Under the pieces are notes generated by a model, which did no database searches, was not told the DNA's origin, and worked only from the letters and a program-made list of their open reading frames with translations. From Eutreptiella sp. 'Long Island Sound 2002' (Eukaryota; Protista; Euglenida), in the NCBI GenBank assembly GCA_964036045.1, contig OZ038379.1, positions 1,736,001-1,800,000 of the forward strand: 64,000 nucleotides of DNA, written 5' to 3'. Within the stretch, counting starts at the first letter, position 1. Each line of letters opens with the position of its first letter. Position numbers and translations under genes: made by a program. Below, in pieces: positions 63,426 to 64,000 of the stretch.

Positions 63426-64000
63426 TCAACCACAGCTCGGACGATGTAGCGCCGGACCCACCGCCTTCCAATCGAAGCTGCCGGTCGACACACCTGCCTC
63501 GCTGTCCGAGGGCCTACCACCCTGCACACACGCTTGCCTCGCTGTCCCTGAATCAGCGCTGCCACGGCTACATCCCTGTCCCCACACCTGCCTCCTTGTC
63601 CCCACGTTGTTCAGCACGCCAGCGGGGCCAGCGCTGCCGGGGCGATTGCTGTGGGGGCTGCTACTCCTGCTGCCACCAGACGTAGCAGATGGAGCGGAAA
63701 ATGCCACATGCTCGACATATGCATTTTGAAGGCGCAATGCCATATCCCTGAAGCTGAGGCCCTTGTCTAATGTGAGGTGCGCGCCGCACGATGTGTACAA
63801 CGCCCTGTCGTCAGCTGAAGTGTTGGCGGATCTGATGCAGCAAAGCCCCCCGAAGCCGAGGGCGGTCAGCTGCTTCAAGAGGTCCGTGCCGTACACCGTC
63901 GTTGGCCCGTACTCCATGTTTTGATCCACGATGACGACATCGGCCAGTGCCATGGCGGCCTCCACAAAGCCCTCCAAATCGTCTTTGGTTGCTCCAAAAA
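63426..64000 (-). CDS. C-terminal exon of a response-regulator receiver-domain protein (probably hybrid histidine kinase); 5' part outside the window
   Basis: ADVVIVDQNMEYG (phosphoacceptor Asp), YGTDLLKQL, CCIRSAN (Ser/Thr switch), GAHLTLDKG (conserved Lys); open frame with strong GC3 bias. The true stop or splice end is uncertain. Confidence 0.85.
   Translation of the reverse strand, partial: FGATKDDLEGFVEAAMALADVVIVDQNMEYGPTTVYGTDLLKQLTALGFGGLCCIRSANTSADDRALYTSCGAHLTLDKGLSFRDMALRLQNAYVEHVAFSAPSATSGGSRSSSPHSNRPGSAGPAGVLNNVGTRRQVWGQGCSRGSADSGTARQACVQGGRPSDSEAGVSTGSFDWKAVGPALHRPSCG

Overview
Eukaryotic, repeat-saturated DNA. It is probably from a euglenid or other euglenozoan; this is an inference from the receiver-domain gene, the TATE/VIPER-like element and the frequent G/C runs. 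Only one host-like gene is visible: the C-terminal exon of a response-regulator receiver protein at 63.4-64 kb on the minus strand. Positions 1-31 kb are nested, decayed mobile elements. These include several APE-RT(-RNase H) LINEs (one with two RanBP2 fingers, one with a 170-bp internal inversion) and a tyrosine-recombinase retroelement with gene order YR>RT>RH. Beside that retroelement is a 2.24-kb insertion bounded by identical 42-bp and 66-bp termini that join at a shared GTT and carry a cargo ORF. Two copies of a non-autonomous PIF/Harbinger-like transposon (TIRs, 3-bp TSDs) carry a DDE remnant, a Cys finger and an NPPF DNA adenine-methyltransferase fragment. Positions 31.2-54.6 kb are a 23.4-kb tandem array of a ~1.09-kb composite unit with the structure P(QRP)x21. 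It sits inside an older element and shows a local dimeric higher-order pattern. Positions 54.6-63.4 kb hold more relics, including three degenerate tRNA-like modules downstream of an RNase H. All domain calls are by eye from motifs; no searches were run and many boundaries are approximate.
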